A stretch of DNA of 64,000 bases from Camelus dromedarius (Eukaryota), in the NCBI RefSeq assembly GCF_036321535.1, contig NC_087437.1:58716001-58780000 (forward strand), given 5' to 3'. A program made the position numbers and the translations under genes. The stretch's first letter is position 1. Each line of letters opens with the position of its first letter. The notes under the pieces were generated by a model. The model worked only from the letters and a program-made list of their open reading frames with translations. It searched no databases and was not told where the DNA came from. Positions 61,166-64,000 of this stretch are shown here, in pieces.

Positions 61166-61849
61166 TGCTGTCAGCGTCCAGCCAGCATCTCCCCCGCCCA
61201 CCACCCACACACAGACGAGGACGCATGTAGCAGGACAGACGCCCGATGCGCAAGCAGAGCAGCTGCAGGCAGGGCTAGACGCTGGGATCCTGGGGTGGGG
61301 GGTCTCCTGGTTACTCTCCAGGAAGATGTGGATAAACAGAGCCAGTTTCCTGGCCTCCCGCTCCTCACCTCCCATCCATCTTCCCATCCTCCAGCTGAGA
61401 ATTGAGGGGGAGGAGGAGATAGAGCAGGCAGCTGCCTAATCTGGGGAGATTTTCTCATGGGTGGGGGGAGGCTGATTTCTGGCTCCAGCCTTCCTCCTCC
61501 CTCACAGCTGGAGCTGGAGCTGCCAGAGTGAGTGCTGGGGCTGGGTCCCAGCTGCTGGCAGCTGTCCCCATGTTATCTCCCTGACAGCTGCAAACCCCTG
61601 ACGGGTGTTCCGTGTGAGCGCGTGTGTGTCCACGTGTGAGCGTGTACCCTGTAGCCGAAAAAACAAGATGAAGAGGCGGAACACGGAGTCCGTGAGGTTG
61701 CCCATTCCTCCTAGACTTCAACACACCCCTTAAGCCTTTCTCGACCCATACTCACCTCCAGTCTGCATGACCCCTCCTCCCTCATTTCTCCCATAAGCCT
61801 CTGGGGCCACCCCTTATTAAGATTCCATGCCAGAGGCAGCTTCAGGAAT

Positions 61850-62090
61850 TACAATAGCGATCATTTACTGAGTGTGTACTCTGTGCTGGGCATTCCTCTA
61901 AGTGTTTTAGGTCAGTGAGTCTACTCAACCCTCAGAACAACCCTGGGAAGCAAGCACTACTGCTGTTTTACAGATGAGCAAACCAAGAAACAGAAATGTT
62001 AATATTGAATCCAAGATCACACAGCTGCCAAGAGTGAAAGTCAGGAAATCTGATGCCAAAACTTGAGCTCTTATACACGTGGCTATTCTT
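61850..62090 (-). mobile_element. MIR SINE relic
   Basis: catttactgagtgtgtactctgtgctgggca...gttttacagatgagcaaacc...ccaagatcacacagct. Confidence 0.8.
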
Positions 62091-63054
62091 CTCCTATCGG
62101 TGATCAGTTATGAAGTTCTGTTGGAATAAATGAGGTCTCTTTCAGCTCTGACACTCTACCTGTGGTATTGCTTACAGTGACATATATTTTAGACTTCGAT
62201 CTGTTGTTTAGATTGGGATTCTTTTTAGACAACATTCACTGCTCTTAAGCCACAGAATCAGAAGCTCCTGCCATCACTCCTGCAGAGCTCTGCTTCTAGG
62301 AGGACTGGAGGAAAGGTCCATTGAAGGAGAGCGATCAAGGGTAGCACTGCCCACACTGGGCACCAGGGACCAAAACTTTGTTGAAAAACCACTGAAAAAG
62401 AGAGCCCCTAGTTACGGTGCAGAATATATGGATCTGGACCCTCCCATACCTAGAGACTTCTGCTCCCTGGAAGCATGTGAGCAGCGGGTCATTCTCCTAA
62501 CAGAGGAGTTACACTGTGTTGAAATCTACATGCCCTCGTTCTCGGTGATGACTCACAGTCTGCACTTCCAAGATGGCGGGCCAGGGCCTGAATACAGCAT
62601 GTGACCTGGTGCCCACAAAGCTTTGTGGCTTTGGTGTGTTTTTTACTTTGCTTACTGACCTAGTAGATGTGTGGCTGTGGGGATGGGGTGGTTTGCTGAG
62701 AGGGGAGTGACAATGAGGACAGCCAAGATCTGCACCTCAGCAGTCTATGTTCTAAAGTAGGGAGCTACCAGTCAGATGGAAAAAAGGAGACCATTCACTG
62801 CATGGTTTGACTGGTCCCAGAAGCTCATTTTAGCTCCCAAATTGTTTTTTATGAGCTGAATTCCCTTTCTCCTCTCTCTTTAACCAGGTTGTATTTCCAT
62901 TTGGTTAATTACTAGTTGCATGGGCAAGTCCTTCCATTTTTCCATTACTAGGTTTTAATTTTTCATTATTGACACACACCAAAAATGATAGGTTTTTTTT
63001 TTTTCCACCAGACAGTTAAATCCTGCTTTAGGAAAGTGTTTTTATGGTGTAAGC

Positions 63055-63203
63055 CAGTGCTTCTCAAACTTTTTTGTATGTAAGAATCACTCGGACGTCT
63101 TATTAAAAAGGCCAGTTCTTCTGTAGGCCTTGGATGCAGTCTGGAATTCTCCATTTTAAACCAGCTACCAGGTGATGCCAGTGCTGCTGGACCCCAGGCC
63201 ACA
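63055..63203. mobile_element. MER5A MITE relic
   Basis: cagtgcttctcaaact...gaatcac...ccattttaaaccagctaccaggtgatgccagtgctgctgg. Confidence 0.8.
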
Positions 63204-63235
63204 TCTTTTTTTAAAAATAACGTATGTAAATCTTT

Positions 63236-63860
63236 CATTTTTTTCCAGGTTTAATGACATATAACATTGTACAAATTTGAGGTCTACAAAGTGATGACTT
63301 AATTTATGTGTATAACATGAGATGAGTGAGTACTGCAATAAGTAAGGTTAGTTAATGCATCCATCACCTCACATAATGACTGTGGTTTTTGTTTGTTTGT
63401 TTTTTGCTTTTTGGGTGGTGAGAACTCTTAAGGTCTACTTTGTAAATCTGGAAAGTATGCAATACAGTGTTGTTAACTGTAGTCCCCATGCTGTACATTT
63501 GATCCCTAGAACTTACTCATTTAACATGTGGAAGTTTGCACCCTTTGACCAACGTCGTCCCATTTCCCCTACCCCACCATCCCTGGCAACCACCGTTCTC
63601 CTCTCTGTTCCTGTGAGTTTAGATTATTAGATTCCACATATAAATGAGATCATATGGTATTTGTCTTTCTCAGTCTGACTTACTTCACTTAGCATAACGC
63701 TCTGAAGTTTGCAACCATATTGTTGCAAATGACAAAACTTCCTTCTTTGTTAAGCAATGTTTTGTTATATATATGTATATATGATATATGTGTGTATATT
63801 TTACACATATTAATATATGTATATATTAACCATGTATCACATTTTCTTTATTTATTCATA
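63236..63860 (-). mobile_element. L1MA-type 3' end
   Basis: gggtggtgagaactcttaaggtctact...ccctagaacttactcat...ctggcaaccaccgttctcctctctgttcctgtgagtt...ttagattccacatataaatgagatc. Confidence 0.85.
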
Positions 63861-64000
63861 ACACACAGACCTGAAACCAGCCAGAAGTCAAGGCAGAAGG
63901 TAGCCCCCACTCTGTTTGAATTACACAAATATTTGTGCGTGTGTGTATACACACCTGTACTCCAACTGCTAATTTGCTCTGATGCCAAGTGTGAACTCTG

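Overview
Mammalian non-coding DNA, most likely camelid (alpaca/llama/camel). The assignment rests on three copies of a short tRNA-derived SINE resembling camelid Vic-1 and on cetartiodactyl-type L1 3' ends, all recognised from memory and not by search. I recognise no protein-coding exon, structural RNA gene, CRISPR array or prokaryotic system. The supplied ORFs look like chance GC-rich frames, repeat-derived frames or microsatellite translations. The window reads as intergenic or deep-intronic sequence: a nested L1 block at about 4.2-9.7 kb, many MIR/L2/MER5/MER20/MLT1/MER21-like relics, a 410-nt pure-purine tract and an (AAGGG)12 repeat. Unique stretches carry candidate regulatory signals: a strong CTCF site at 30.08 kb, seven CAGCTG E-boxes at 61.3-61.6 kb, a nested palindrome at 26.2 kb and an AG|GT recursive-splice-like site at 36.08 kb. 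Two retrotransposition curiosities stand out: a double-tailed SINE and an L1 with a twin-priming-type 5' inversion. I found no convincing novel biological system. Repeat family names are from recall of consensus sequences, and repeat boundaries are approximate unless a target-site duplication (TSD) is given.
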